From Bacillota bacterium (lineage in GTDB: Bacteria > Sysuimicrobiota > Sysuimicrobiia > Sysuimicrobiales > Segetimicrobiaceae), in NCBI GenBank assembly GCA_021324295.1, contig JAJPJJ010000099.1, positions 51,966 to 115,965 on the forward strand: 64,000 nt of DNA. The letters are read 5' to 3'. The notes beneath the pieces were generated by a model. That model had not been told where the DNA came from, searched no databases, and was given only the letters and a program-made list of their open reading frames with translations. Positions 31,566 to 40,606 of the stretch are shown piece by piece (the first letter of the stretch is position 1; each line of letters starts with the position of its first letter). The translations under genes and the position numbers were made by a program.

Positions 31566-32435
31566 ATGGCAGCGGTAGGGATCGGCATCCTGATCATCGT
31601 CGCTCTCCTGCTGTGGAACGGTATCAAAGTCGTCCGGGAGTACCAGCGTCTCGTCGTGTTTCGCCTCGGCCGCAGCATCGGCCCCAAGGGCCCCGGGGTC
31701 GTGTTTCTGATCCCGATGATCGATCGGGCGGTCTGGGTAGACCTGCGCGAGGTGTTCCTGGAGATTCCTGCCCAGACGTGCATCACGAAGGACAACGCGC
31801 CGATCTCGATCGACTTCCTGATCTATTGGAAGGTCGTCGATCCGTCGCTCAGCGTCATCCAGGTCGGGAACTTTGCCGGCGCGGCCCAGGGGATCGCCAC
31901 GACCGGCCTGCGCGCGGTGATCGGCGACATCATCCTCGACGATGTGCTCGCCAAGCGGGACCAGATCAACCAGATCCTGCGTACCAAGCTCGACGAGGTG
32001 ACGGAGCGGTGGGGCGTCAAGGTGACGACCGTCGAGATCCGGGAGATCACCCCGCCCAAGGATGTCCAGGAGGCGATGACCCGGCAAATGTCCGCGGAGC
32101 GCAGCCGGCGGGCCCTCGTGACCGAGGCGGACGGCAAGAAGCAGGCCGCGATCACGATCGCCGAGGGGGAGAAGCAGGCCGCGATCCTCAAGGCGGAAGG
32201 CGACCGCCAGGCCGCCATCCTGAGGGCCGAGGGGTTTGCGCTCGCCCTCGACAAGATCTTCGCCGTCGCGAAGACCGTCGATACGAATACCATGAGCCTC
32301 CAGTACCTGGAGGCGCTCAAGGCGCTGGGGGCCAGCCCGTCGACGAAGTTCGTGTTCCCGATGGAGTTCACCCGGCTGCTCCACCCGTTCCTGGACCACG
32401 GAGGAAGGGCCTCTCCGCCGCCCCAGGCGCCGTAA
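31566..32435 (+). CDS. SPFH/band-7 (stomatin-like) membrane protein.
   Basis: MAAVGIGILIIVALLLWNGIKVVREYQRLVVFRLGRSIGPKGPGVVFLIPMIDRAVWVDLRE...coiled-coil KQAAITIAEGEKQAAILKAEGDRQAAILRAEG. Confidence 0.85.
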   Translation: MAAVGIGILIIVALLLWNGIKVVREYQRLVVFRLGRSIGPKGPGVVFLIPMIDRAVWVDLREVFLEIPAQTCITKDNAPISIDFLIYWKVVDPSLSVIQVGNFAGAAQGIATTGLRAVIGDIILDDVLAKRDQINQILRTKLDEVTERWGVKVTTVEIREITPPKDVQEAMTRQMSAERSRRALVTEADGKKQAAITIAEGEKQAAILKAEGDRQAAILRAEGFALALDKIFAVAKTVDTNTMSLQYLEALKALGASPSTKFVFPMEFTRLLHPFLDHGGRASPPPQAP

Positions 32436-32508
32436 CGCCGGCGGCCGGGCCACCGCCCGGCCGCCGGATCGCGGAACGAGACGCTCCCGCGGGGCCGCGG
32501 GGCGACCG

Positions 32509-33609
32509 CTACAGGATCGCTGCGTGGGTATCCGGGTTGAACACGTGCATCTTCTTCATGTCGAGCACAACCTCGGCCGTCTGGCCCATCCGCGCCTGGC
32601 TGCGGGCGTCCACCCGGGCGACGATGCTGTGCTCGCCCGCGGTCAGGTACAGGATCACATCGGACCCCAGCGGCTCGTGCACGTCCACGGTCGCCCGCAC
32701 GACGGCCGCGCCGTCCGTGGACTGGACGAGCGCGCGGTCGTGGATGTCCTCCGGCCGGATGCCGAAGATGACCGACCGTCCCTCCCACTCCGCGAGCTTC
32801 GGGATGTACTCGCGCGGCACTTCGGCCCGGAACACGCCGCCGTCAACAAACATCCGGCCGTCCTGCTTGGCGAGCTTCGCCTCGAGGAAGTTCATCGCCG
32901 GCGACCCGATGAACCCGGCCACGAAGAGGTTGGCCGGTTTCTCGTAGAGGTTGAGCGGGCTGTCCACCTGCTGGACGACGCCGTCCTTCATGACGACAAT
33001 CCGGTCGCCCATCGTCATCGCCTCGACCTGATCGTGGGTCACGTAGATCGTCGTCGTCTGCAGCCGCGCGTGCAGCTTCTTGATCTCCGCCCGCGTCTGC
33101 ACCCGGAGCTTGGCGTCGAGGTTGCTGAGGGGCTCGTCCATGAGGAACACCTGCGGCTCCCGGACGATCGCCCGCCCGAGGGCCACCCGCTGCCGCTGCC
33201 CGCCCGAGAGCTGCTTGGGCTTCCGGCCGAGCAGCTCCTGGATGCCGAGCATCTCCGCGGCCTCCTTGACCCGCCGGTCGATCTCCGCCCGCGGGTACTT
33301 GCGGAGGCGGAGGCCGAACGCCATGTTATCGTAGACGCTCATGTGCGGATAGAGCGCATAGTTCTGGAAGACCATCGCGATGTCACGGTCCTTGGGCGCG
33401 ACGTCGTTGACGATGCGATCGCCGATGTAGATGTTGCCCGACGTCGCCTCCTCCAGCCCGGCGATCAGCCGCAGCGCCGTCGTCTTTCCGCACCCCGACG
33501 GACCGACCAGCACCGTGAACTGCTTGTCGGGGATGTCCAGCGTGACGTTGTTCACGGCGACGACGTTGCCAAACTGTTTGGTCACCTGCTCGAGCATCAC
33601 CTTGGCCAT
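32509..33609 (-). CDS. Sugar ABC transporter ATP-binding protein, MalK/UgpC/MsmX type.
   Basis: Walker A GPSGCGKTT, signature LSGGQRQRVALGRAI, Walker B VFLMDEPLSNLD, C-terminal TOBE regulatory domain. No adjacent permease or SBP genes. Confidence 0.9.
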   Translation of the reverse strand: MAKVMLEQVTKQFGNVVAVNNVTLDIPDKQFTVLVGPSGCGKTTALRLIAGLEEATSGNIYIGDRIVNDVAPKDRDIAMVFQNYALYPHMSVYDNMAFGLRLRKYPRAEIDRRVKEAAEMLGIQELLGRKPKQLSGGQRQRVALGRAIVREPQVFLMDEPLSNLDAKLRVQTRAEIKKLHARLQTTTIYVTHDQVEAMTMGDRIVVMKDGVVQQVDSPLNLYEKPANLFVAGFIGSPAMNFLEAKLAKQDGRMFVDGGVFRAEVPREYIPKLAEWEGRSVIFGIRPEDIHDRALVQSTDGAAVVRATVDVHEPLGSDVILYLTAGEHSIVARVDARSQARMGQTAEVVLDMKKMHVFNPDTHAAIL

Positions 33610-33705
33610 CGTATCCTCCCCGGACGGCGGACCAGTCTCCGGCGCCCCGGGCTCAGGGCCCGGGCCCCGGGGCGCGCGCTATGAGTTTCCACCGTCCCTT
33701 CCCAA

Positions 33706-33717
33706 GCATACTACATA
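33706..33717 (-). promoter_or_regulatory. Candidate -10 element TG-TAGTAT (minus strand), about 100 nt upstream of the orphan ABC ATPase gene.
   Basis: Plus-strand caagcATACTACAtacg is tgTAGTATgcttg on the minus strand. Confidence 0.35.
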
Positions 33718-33754
33718 CGATGCGGGCGGCCGCCGATCCCCCCGGGGGCGCCGG

Positions 33755-34822
33755 TCACGCCTCCCCCCGCATCCGGCGCTTGAGGACCGTGATCGCCTCG
33801 GTGGGGGTGGGGTCGATGCCGCGCAGGCACGCCAGGTAGATGCTCACCAGGTCGCCCACGAGCACGAGCGACAGGATCCGGGCGAGGCGGCCCTTCCCCC
33901 GGCCACGCACCTCCTGGACGCCAGCGGCGGGCCGGAACGCCAGCTCGCAGGCGAGCCGGACCCGACGGAGCGCCTCGGGGTGCTCCCCGCCGCCCAGCAG
34001 CACGATCACCGACACGAGCCCGGAGACCTCCGGCGGGGCGCCCCAGCCGACGGTTTCGTTGTGGGCGAGCTCAGGGAACGCAGCCCAGGTGGCCAGCATC
34101 TTGCTGTTCTCGTTGAGCTGGCACTTCCACCGCCGCGCCGCGGCCTCGAGATCCTGGGAGCCGGCGTAGATCGCGGGGATCCGGCCGAGGAGCTGCTCGG
34201 CGAGGCGCTTGGCCGGGTTGTCCGGGGCCGGGATGTCCGGCCCGGCCTCGGAGGCGACCTCCTCGAGCACCGCCGCCGCCTCCTCGACATCGGGGCCGCA
34301 AGGACCGCAGAGCTCCCACCGCTCGAGCGCGGCGAGGGCGGGGATCATCAAGTAGCCGAGCGCGGCGCGGGGCGCAAGGCCGCCCGGCACCCGCACCACG
34401 GCGCCCCCTGTCCCGGTGGCGAGCGCGGCGAGCCGTCCGCCCGAGGTGATCGCCAGGAGCGCGGCGCCGGCGCGGCAGGCTTCCGCCGCGGCCGCCAGCG
34501 TCTCCTCGGTCTCGCCGGAGTAGCTGGTGGCGACGACGAGCGAGCGCTGCCCGACGTACGCGGGGAGGCGGGAGTCCCGCACGACCACGAGCGGGAGCGC
34601 GAGCCGCTCGCCCAGCGCCGCCGCGAGCAAGTCGCCGCCGATCGCCGACCCGCCCATGCCCACGGCGACGACGTGCGCCGGCGGGCCTGGCAGCCGGCCC
34701 AGCGCCGCCGTGCGGCCGATCTGCCAGGCATCCCGAATCTGCCGCGGCAGATCGAGCGCGGTCTGCAGCATCCGCGACGGATCACAGTCCCGGTACGTCG
34801 AGGGGTCATCGAGGCGGGGCAT
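33755..34822 (-). CDS. Bifunctional phosphoglucose/phosphomannose isomerase (SIS domain, PGI/PMI family).
   Basis: ...HVVAVGMGGSAIGGDLLAAAL...VVATSYSGETEETLAAAAEA...two SIS halves, 355 aa. Confidence 0.85.
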   Translation of the reverse strand: MPRLDDPSTYRDCDPSRMLQTALDLPRQIRDAWQIGRTAALGRLPGPPAHVVAVGMGGSAIGGDLLAAALGERLALPLVVVRDSRLPAYVGQRSLVVATSYSGETEETLAAAAEACRAGAALLAITSGGRLAALATGTGGAVVRVPGGLAPRAALGYLMIPALAALERWELCGPCGPDVEEAAAVLEEVASEAGPDIPAPDNPAKRLAEQLLGRIPAIYAGSQDLEAAARRWKCQLNENSKMLATWAAFPELAHNETVGWGAPPEVSGLVSVIVLLGGGEHPEALRRVRLACELAFRPAAGVQEVRGRGKGRLARILSLVLVGDLVSIYLACLRGIDPTPTEAITVLKRRMRGEA

Positions 34823-34947
34823 ACTGCACTATTCGGCGGCGAGGGGACCCTCCCCCTCGCCCGCCGGCCGCGCGGCGCCCCGCAGGGAGAGGCGGCCGCG
34901 AGCCCGAAAGGAGCGCCTGTCGGCGCCACACGGATACACCATCGGGG

Positions 34948-35364
34948 GTGTCGATGCTCCCGTCCGAGTCCCGCCACAGCGGATCGAGGGCCGGCGCGCG
35001 CGCCATCGATATCCGCGCGCTGCGCGAGCAGCGCCACTTCATTAAGACGACCGCGTTCCTCCTGCCGCACGCGGCCAAGATGCAGGTCCTGGAGATGATG
35101 GAGAGGCTCCGCCGGGGGCGCATGGAGCCACCCCTGCGCCCGCCCGTCGGCCAGGCGCCGCCTCTTCCACAGATGACCGACGGGGAGGCGGTCCGGGAGA
35201 TCAACTGGCGCGTCGAGACGCTGCCCCCGGGCGACGCGGAGGCGGTCGCTCGGTTGGTCCGCTCCCTGACCCGGTGGCATGCGGAGCGGCGCAAGAAGGC
35301 CGCCCGCGCGCGGGATCGCGGGCCCGTGCAGCCCCCCCGGCCGGCGCCACCGGCCGGGGGATGA
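34948..35364 (+). CDS. Hypothetical protein, helical, Arg-rich; function unknown.
   Basis: Track ORF 138 aa. Codon third positions are strongly G/C, as in genuine genes here. Sits 23 nt upstream of the GT4 gene in the same orientation. No recognisable domain; the true start may be an internal Met (MQVLEMMERL). Confidence 0.4.
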   Translation: MSMLPSESRHSGSRAGARAIDIRALREQRHFIKTTAFLLPHAAKMQVLEMMERLRRGRMEPPLRPPVGQAPPLPQMTDGEAVREINWRVETLPPGDAEAVARLVRSLTRWHAERRKKAARARDRGPVQPPRPAPPAGG

Positions 35365-35386
35365 GACGCCTCAGGCGGTCTTCCTG

Positions 35387-36679
35387 ATGCCGCGCTCGCA
35401 ACGCTCCCTGCCGAGGGTGGCCCTCGTCCATTACACCGGCCCGCCGGTGATCGGGGGCGTCGAGAGCGTCGTCGGCCGGCATGCGCGGCTGCTCGCCGCG
35501 CGCGGGTTCGAGGTGCACGTTCTCGTCGGGCGCGGCGGCCCCGCCGGCGGCTGCGTGCGCGTGCACCGTCTCCCCCTCCTCGACTCCCGCCACCCCCGGG
35601 TGCTCGCGGTCGGCGCGGAGCTGGAGCAGGGACGGGTCACGCCGGCGTACGCCGCCCTGGTGGCCCGGGTGGAAGAGGCGCTTGCGCGCGCGCTGCGGCG
35701 CGTCGATGTCTGCATCGTGCACAACGCGCTCACCCTGCACAAGCACCTCGCGCTCACCGCGGCCCTGCACGAGGCGGCGCGGCGGCTGTCCTTCCGGATC
35801 GTGGCCTGGTGTCACGACCTCGCCTGGACCAACCCCCAGTACCGGCCCCACCTGCATCCCGGCCCGCCGTGGAGCCTGCTGACCACGCCGGTCCCGGGCG
35901 CGGTGTACGTCGCTGTCTCGCGGGAGCGCCAGCGCCAGCTCAGCGCCGCCCTGGGGATTCCACCCTCGCAGATCGAGGTGATCCCGAACGGCGTGGACCC
36001 CGCGGCGTTCCTGCGCCTGACGCCGGCCGCCCGGCGGCTCGCCGATGCGCTGCGGCTGTGGGACCAGCAGATCGTGCTGCTGCTCCCCGTCCGGATCACG
36101 CGGCGGAAGCGGATCGAGTACGCCCTCCGGGTCGTCGCCGAGCTGGTCAGGCGCGAGATGGGTGTCCGGCTGCTCGTCACCGGCCCCCTGGGCGCGCACA
36201 ACCCGAGGAACCAGGAGTACCTGGAGGAGCTGCGGGCGCTGCGCCGCGACCTGGGGCTGGAGGAGCAGGTCGTGTTCTGCGCGGAGCTGGCCGGGCCGCG
36301 GGGAGACGGGATCGCGCTGTCCGACCGGGTGATGACAGACCTGTACCTGCTCGCCGACGGCCTCCTGCTCCCGAGCCGCGAGGAAGGGTTCGGCCTGCCG
36401 CTGCTGGAGGCGGGCCTCGCGCGCTTGCCCGTGTTCACGACCGGGATCGATCCCCTCCGGGAGATCGGCGGGGACGCGATCGAGACCTTCGCGGCGGACG
36501 ACTCGCCGGCCGCCTGCGGCCGGCGGATCGTCCACGGCCTCATGGACGACCCGCGGTACCGGCTCCGGCGGAGGGTCCTCGGGACGTACACGTGGGAGGG
36601 CATCATGCGCCACAAGATCGTCCCGCTGCTGACCCGCCGGGCCGCGCCGGCCCCGGGCCTCCGGGCGCCGCGGCGATGA
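35387..36679 (+). CDS. GT4-family glycosyltransferase.
   Basis: MPRSQRSLPRVALVHYTGPPVIGGVESVVGRHARLLAARGFEVHVLV...EGFGLPLLEAGLARLPVFTT (E-x7-E motif). Confidence 0.85.
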   Translation: MPRSQRSLPRVALVHYTGPPVIGGVESVVGRHARLLAARGFEVHVLVGRGGPAGGCVRVHRLPLLDSRHPRVLAVGAELEQGRVTPAYAALVARVEEALARALRRVDVCIVHNALTLHKHLALTAALHEAARRLSFRIVAWCHDLAWTNPQYRPHLHPGPPWSLLTTPVPGAVYVAVSRERQRQLSAALGIPPSQIEVIPNGVDPAAFLRLTPAARRLADALRLWDQQIVLLLPVRITRRKRIEYALRVVAELVRREMGVRLLVTGPLGAHNPRNQEYLEELRALRRDLGLEEQVVFCAELAGPRGDGIALSDRVMTDLYLLADGLLLPSREEGFGLPLLEAGLARLPVFTTGIDPLREIGGDAIETFAADDSPAACGRRIVHGLMDDPRYRLRRRVLGTYTWEGIMRHKIVPLLTRRAAPAPGLRAPRR

Positions 36680-37725
36680 CGGATCCTCTCCCCCCACGCT
36701 CCCCGGCGGGAGCGCCGCGGACGCCCGCGGCCGTCGACCGGTGGCTTCGCGCGAATACGTTTCAGGCCGGCGACTACGGCGACGTGCGTGCGCTCGTCGC
36801 GCTGAAGCGCGCGCAGGGCCTCACGATCAGCCTGGGCCTGCCCACGCTCGATGAGGAGCGCACGATCGGTCCCGAGATCGCCGTGCTCCGCCGTACGTTG
36901 ATGGAGGAGGCCCCGCTCCTCGACGAGATCGTCGTGGTCGACAGCGGCTCTTCGGACCACACGGTCGAGGTCGCGCGGGAACTCGGCGTGCCGGCCTACC
37001 AGCACGCGGAGGTGCTCCCCGAGGAGGGTTCCTACCCGGGCAAGGGCGAGGCGTTGTGGAAGAGCCTGCACCTCCTCCGGGGAGACCTGATCGTCTGGGT
37101 GGACACCGATATCCGCAACATCCACCCGCGGTTCGTCTACGGACTGCTCGGCCCGCTGCTGCGCGACCCACGCATCGCCTACGTGAAGGGGTACTATCGG
37201 AGGCCGCTGCGGGTCGGCGCGCGGCGATACGAGACGGGAGGTGGCCGCCTCACCGAGCTGTGCGCGCGGCCGCTCATCAACCTGTTCTTCCCCGAGCTGT
37301 CTGGCGTGATCCAGCCGCTCGCGGGGGAGTACGCAGGGCGGCGGGAGATCCTCGAGCGGCTCCCCTTCTTCACGGGCTACGGTGTGGAGATCGGTCTGCT
37401 GGTCGACATCTGGAGCCGGTACGGGTTGGATCGGATCGGCCAGGTCGACCTGGGGTCCCGGGTGCACCGCAACCGGGAGCTCTCCTCGCTGTCGCTCGCG
37501 GCGTTCGCGATCATCCAGGCGGTGATGGCGCGCGTGGGCGAGCGGCCCGGGGCGTCGCTTGCGGCGCAGATGAATACGGCGATGGCGCTGATCCCCCTGG
37601 ACGGCGGCCTCGCGCTCGACGTGCGGGAGATCCGCGAGCGGGAGCGGCCGCCGATCATCACGGTGCCGGCGTACCGCGCCCGGCGGGGCGCGCTGACCGC
37701 CACCCGCCACGCCTCCGGCGCGTAG
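36676..37725 (+). CDS. gpgS: Glucosyl-3-phosphoglycerate synthase (GT81).
   Basis: Close motif-for-motif match to the mycobacterial GpgS pattern, from recall: ...LDEERTIG..., VVVDSGSSDHT, PGKGEALWKSL, GGGRLTELCARPL, QPLAGEYAGRREIL, GYGVEIGLLVDI, VHRNR. ATG overlaps the GT4 stop (ATGA). Confidence 0.85.
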   Translation: MTDPLPPRSPAGAPRTPAAVDRWLRANTFQAGDYGDVRALVALKRAQGLTISLGLPTLDEERTIGPEIAVLRRTLMEEAPLLDEIVVVDSGSSDHTVEVARELGVPAYQHAEVLPEEGSYPGKGEALWKSLHLLRGDLIVWVDTDIRNIHPRFVYGLLGPLLRDPRIAYVKGYYRRPLRVGARRYETGGGRLTELCARPLINLFFPELSGVIQPLAGEYAGRREILERLPFFTGYGVEIGLLVDIWSRYGLDRIGQVDLGSRVHRNRELSSLSLAAFAIIQAVMARVGERPGASLAAQMNTAMALIPLDGGLALDVREIRERERPPIITVPAYRARRGALTATRHASGA

Positions 37726-37802
37726 CCACAGAAGGAATCCCGGGCGCGGGATACGGATGTATTGGCAGCGCCGGGCCACGTCGAGGCGCAGGCGGTCGCC
37801 GG

Positions 37803-38645
37803 ATGGCCCGGGCCGGGAAGGCGGTGACGATGCCGTTCCCCGAAGCCTTCCGTCAGGTCGCGCGCGACATCCTTGCGCCGCGGCAGCTCGCCGGGGCGAT
37901 CGAGCGGGCGGCCCTGCTGCTCCTGATCCTGGGCGCCGCGTGGGTGGCGCTGCGGCTCAGCCTCGCCCTCGTCCGCCGGACCGGGAGCCTGGGCGGCCGG
38001 ACGCTCACGCCGCTCCTGGAGAGCGTCGTCCGCTACGTGATCGCCTTTGCCGCCCTCGTCCTCATGCTGCAGGCGGTCAACGTGAACGTGACGGCCGTCC
38101 TCGCGAGCGCGGGGGTCGTCGGCCTCGCGGTGGGCTTCGGCGCCCAGTACCTGATCCGGGACATCCTCGCCGGTTTCTTTCTCCTCTCCGAGGGCGTCAT
38201 GCAGATCGGCGACACCGTGCGGATCGACGGGGACACCGGCACGGTCGAGCGCATCACGCTCCGGACAACCCAGATCCGCAAGCTGAGCGGCGAGCTGCTC
38301 ACGATCCCCAACGGCGCGATCACCCGCATCGGGAACCTCAGCCGGGACTACGGCCGTGCGATCGTGCGGATCACCGTCCCGTACCGCGCCGACCTGACGG
38401 AGGCGCTCGATGCGATCGAGCAGGTGGCGCGCGAGTGGGCCGCCGCGCACGTGCAGGAGACCCAGGGCGAGCCGGTCCTCGACGGGGTCGTCGACCTCAC
38501 GGACGCCGGCGCGGTGATGCAGATCTCGGTACGGGTTCGGCCGGGACACCAGGCGGCCGCGGAGGCGGAGCTGCGGCGGCGAGCGCTCGAGGCGCTGGCC
38601 CGCCGCGGCATCCGCATTGACATGCGGATCTCTGCTACAATATGA
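37803..38645 (+). CDS. Small-conductance mechanosensitive channel (MscS family).
   Basis: Three TM helices, then MscS beta domain: ...VGLAVGFGAQYLIRDILAGFFLLSEGVMQIGDTVRIDGDTGTVERITLRTTQIRKLSGELLTIPNG... Confidence 0.85.
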   Translation: MARAGKAVTMPFPEAFRQVARDILAPRQLAGAIERAALLLLILGAAWVALRLSLALVRRTGSLGGRTLTPLLESVVRYVIAFAALVLMLQAVNVNVTAVLASAGVVGLAVGFGAQYLIRDILAGFFLLSEGVMQIGDTVRIDGDTGTVERITLRTTQIRKLSGELLTIPNGAITRIGNLSRDYGRAIVRITVPYRADLTEALDAIEQVAREWAAAHVQETQGEPVLDGVVDLTDAGAVMQISVRVRPGHQAAAEAELRRRALEALARRGIRIDMRISATI

Positions 38646-40402
38646 AAGGTTGGGAGCCGCACCACCCGCGGCGCAGGCACACCATGGCGGAGCCCGTCGG
38701 CCACCTGATCCTGGTCCTCCACACGCACCTTCCGTTTGTCCTGAACCACGGACGATGGCCCCACGGCAGCGACTGGCTGTCGGAGGTGACCATCGAGTGC
38801 TACCTTCCCCTCCTGCGGGTCCTCACGCGGCTCGCGGAGGAAGACATCGGGCCCACGGTGACGGTCGACCTCTCGCCGGTGCTGTGCGAGCAGATGGCGA
38901 GCCCCCTCTTCCGCGAGGAGGTCGGGGCCATGCTCGCCCAGCGGCTCGAGAGCTGCGAGGAGGCCCGGCGCTACTTCACGGATGCGCACGAGGACCGGCT
39001 CGCCGCCCTCTGCACGTTCTGGCGGGGATTCTACGAGGACGCGCGGCGGCAATTCGACGCCCTCGAGGGGAACCTCCTCGGCGCGTTCCGGGATCTCGCG
39101 GACCGCGAGGCGATCGAGCTGATCTCCACCGGGGCGACGCACGGGTACTTCCCCCTGCTGAGCAGGGACGAGAGCCTCGACCTGCAGATCCGGACGGCGG
39201 TGGCCACGCACGTACGGCACTTCGGCCGCGCGCCGCGCGGCCTGTGGCTGCCGGAATGCGGGTACCGGCCGCGGTACGAGTGGACGCCGCCGGTGGGGCC
39301 GCGGAGCGGCAAGGTCCGGTACCGGCGCCGGGGCGTCGAGGAGCTGCTGGCGGCGCACGAGGTCGAGTACTTCTTCACCGACGTGCACCTGGTCCGCGGG
39401 GGGCGCGCCCTTTCGGCCTACCGGGACTACTTCCCGCGGCTGCGCACGGTGGCCGAGCCGGAGACGGCGATCTACCGGCGGAGAGACCGCAGCCCGTATG
39501 CCCCGCACCGCGTCGCGTCGCGGGGCGGGACCGGGGAGGCGACGGCGTTCGTGCGGGATCCCGAGACCACGCTACAGGTCTGGAGCCGGGACGCCGGCTA
39601 TCCCGGCGACGAGTGGTACCTGGAGTTCCACAAGAAGCACTGGCCGGGGGGGCTCCGACTCTGGCGCGTCACCGATCCCAGGATCGACCTGGGACAGAAG
39701 CAGGTCTACGTGCCCGAGCGCGCGAGGGAGCGCACGGAAGCGCACGCGGACCACTTCACCGGGGTGGTGCGGGACGTGCTCGCGCGGTACAGCCGGGAGG
39801 AGGGCCGGCGAGGCGTCCTCTGCAGCCCGTTCGACACCGAGCTGTTCGGCCACTGGTGGGGGGAAGGCCCCCGGTGGCTCGAGCAGGTCTTCCGCCGCCT
39901 CGCGGAGCGGGGCGTGGGCTCGATCACGGCCGGCGACTGCGCGCGGCGCTTCCCAGCTGAGGGGACGATCACGCTGCTGGAGGGATCGTGGGGCGAGGGA
40001 GGAGACCACCGGGTCTGGCTGAACAAGGACACCGAGTGGACCTGGGAGATGGTGTACCAGGCCGAGGAGGACCTGTGGGCATTCCTGAGCACGGCCCCCT
40101 GGCAGCACGTGCCGCTGCTGCGCCGGCTCGTGGCGCAGCTCGGTCGGGAGTTGCTGCTGCTCACGGCCTCCGACTGGCAGTTCCTCATCACCACGTGGGC
40201 GGCCCGCAACTACGCCGAGACGCGGTTCGCCGAACACTACGCCGACTTCACGCGCCTGCTGGAGCTCGCGCGGCGCGTGCGGGGCGGCGGCTCGCTGTCG
40301 TGGGAGGAGGAGGAGTTCCTGGCCGGCAAGGAGGCGCAGGACTTCTGCTTCCCCGATATCGCCGACCACCTCGACGCATCCGCCCGGCTCCCCGGGCTCT
40401 AG
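38642..40402 (+). CDS. GH57-family 1,4-alpha-glucan branching enzyme.
   Basis: GH57 motif HLILVLHTHLPFVLNHGRWPHGSDWLSEVTIECYLPLL...586 aa. Start overlaps the mscS stop. Confidence 0.85.
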   Translation: MKGWEPHHPRRRHTMAEPVGHLILVLHTHLPFVLNHGRWPHGSDWLSEVTIECYLPLLRVLTRLAEEDIGPTVTVDLSPVLCEQMASPLFREEVGAMLAQRLESCEEARRYFTDAHEDRLAALCTFWRGFYEDARRQFDALEGNLLGAFRDLADREAIELISTGATHGYFPLLSRDESLDLQIRTAVATHVRHFGRAPRGLWLPECGYRPRYEWTPPVGPRSGKVRYRRRGVEELLAAHEVEYFFTDVHLVRGGRALSAYRDYFPRLRTVAEPETAIYRRRDRSPYAPHRVASRGGTGEATAFVRDPETTLQVWSRDAGYPGDEWYLEFHKKHWPGGLRLWRVTDPRIDLGQKQVYVPERARERTEAHADHFTGVVRDVLARYSREEGRRGVLCSPFDTELFGHWWGEGPRWLEQVFRRLAERGVGSITAGDCARRFPAEGTITLLEGSWGEGGDHRVWLNKDTEWTWEMVYQAEEDLWAFLSTAPWQHVPLLRRLVAQLGRELLLLTASDWQFLITTWAARNYAETRFAEHYADFTRLLELARRVRGGGSLSWEEEEFLAGKEAQDFCFPDIADHLDASARLPGL

Positions 40403-40413
40403 CCCGCCGCTAC

Positions 40414-40586
40414 CGCGACGTGGGGAAGCGGCAGCGGGCGATCGCGCGACGTCGGACGATGACAGCGGGAAGCGAAGCGCGGTGCCCCGGCCGAGGGGGG
40501 CCCGGGCCCGGACGCCCCGCGGAGCGCGACGTCGGCCAACGGCGGTGGAAGTGAAGCATCGCCCCCGGCCGAGGGGGGCCCGGGCC
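40414..40586. repeat. Imperfect tandem direct repeat (unit about 79 bp, roughly 2.4 copies) in the GH57-glgC intergenic region. Each full unit begins CGCGACGTCGG and ends with the GC hairpin-like motif CCCCGGCCGAGGGGGGCCCGGGCC.
   Basis: Unit A at about 40445-40509 and unit B at about 40524-40586 share about 75 % identity, with a 24-nt identical tail. A truncated third copy (cgcgacgtggggaagcggcagcggg) sits at about 40414-40440. Confidence 0.6.
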
Positions 40587-40606
40587 TTTGAATCCAAGGG
40601 GCCGGC

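Noticed and set aside
35812-37779. 655-aa minus ORF across the GT4/gpgS region, and the 804-aa minus ORF 41706..44231 across the GH57 gene.
   Set aside because: Both are antisense to plus-strand genes with strong family signatures. Their products are low complexity.
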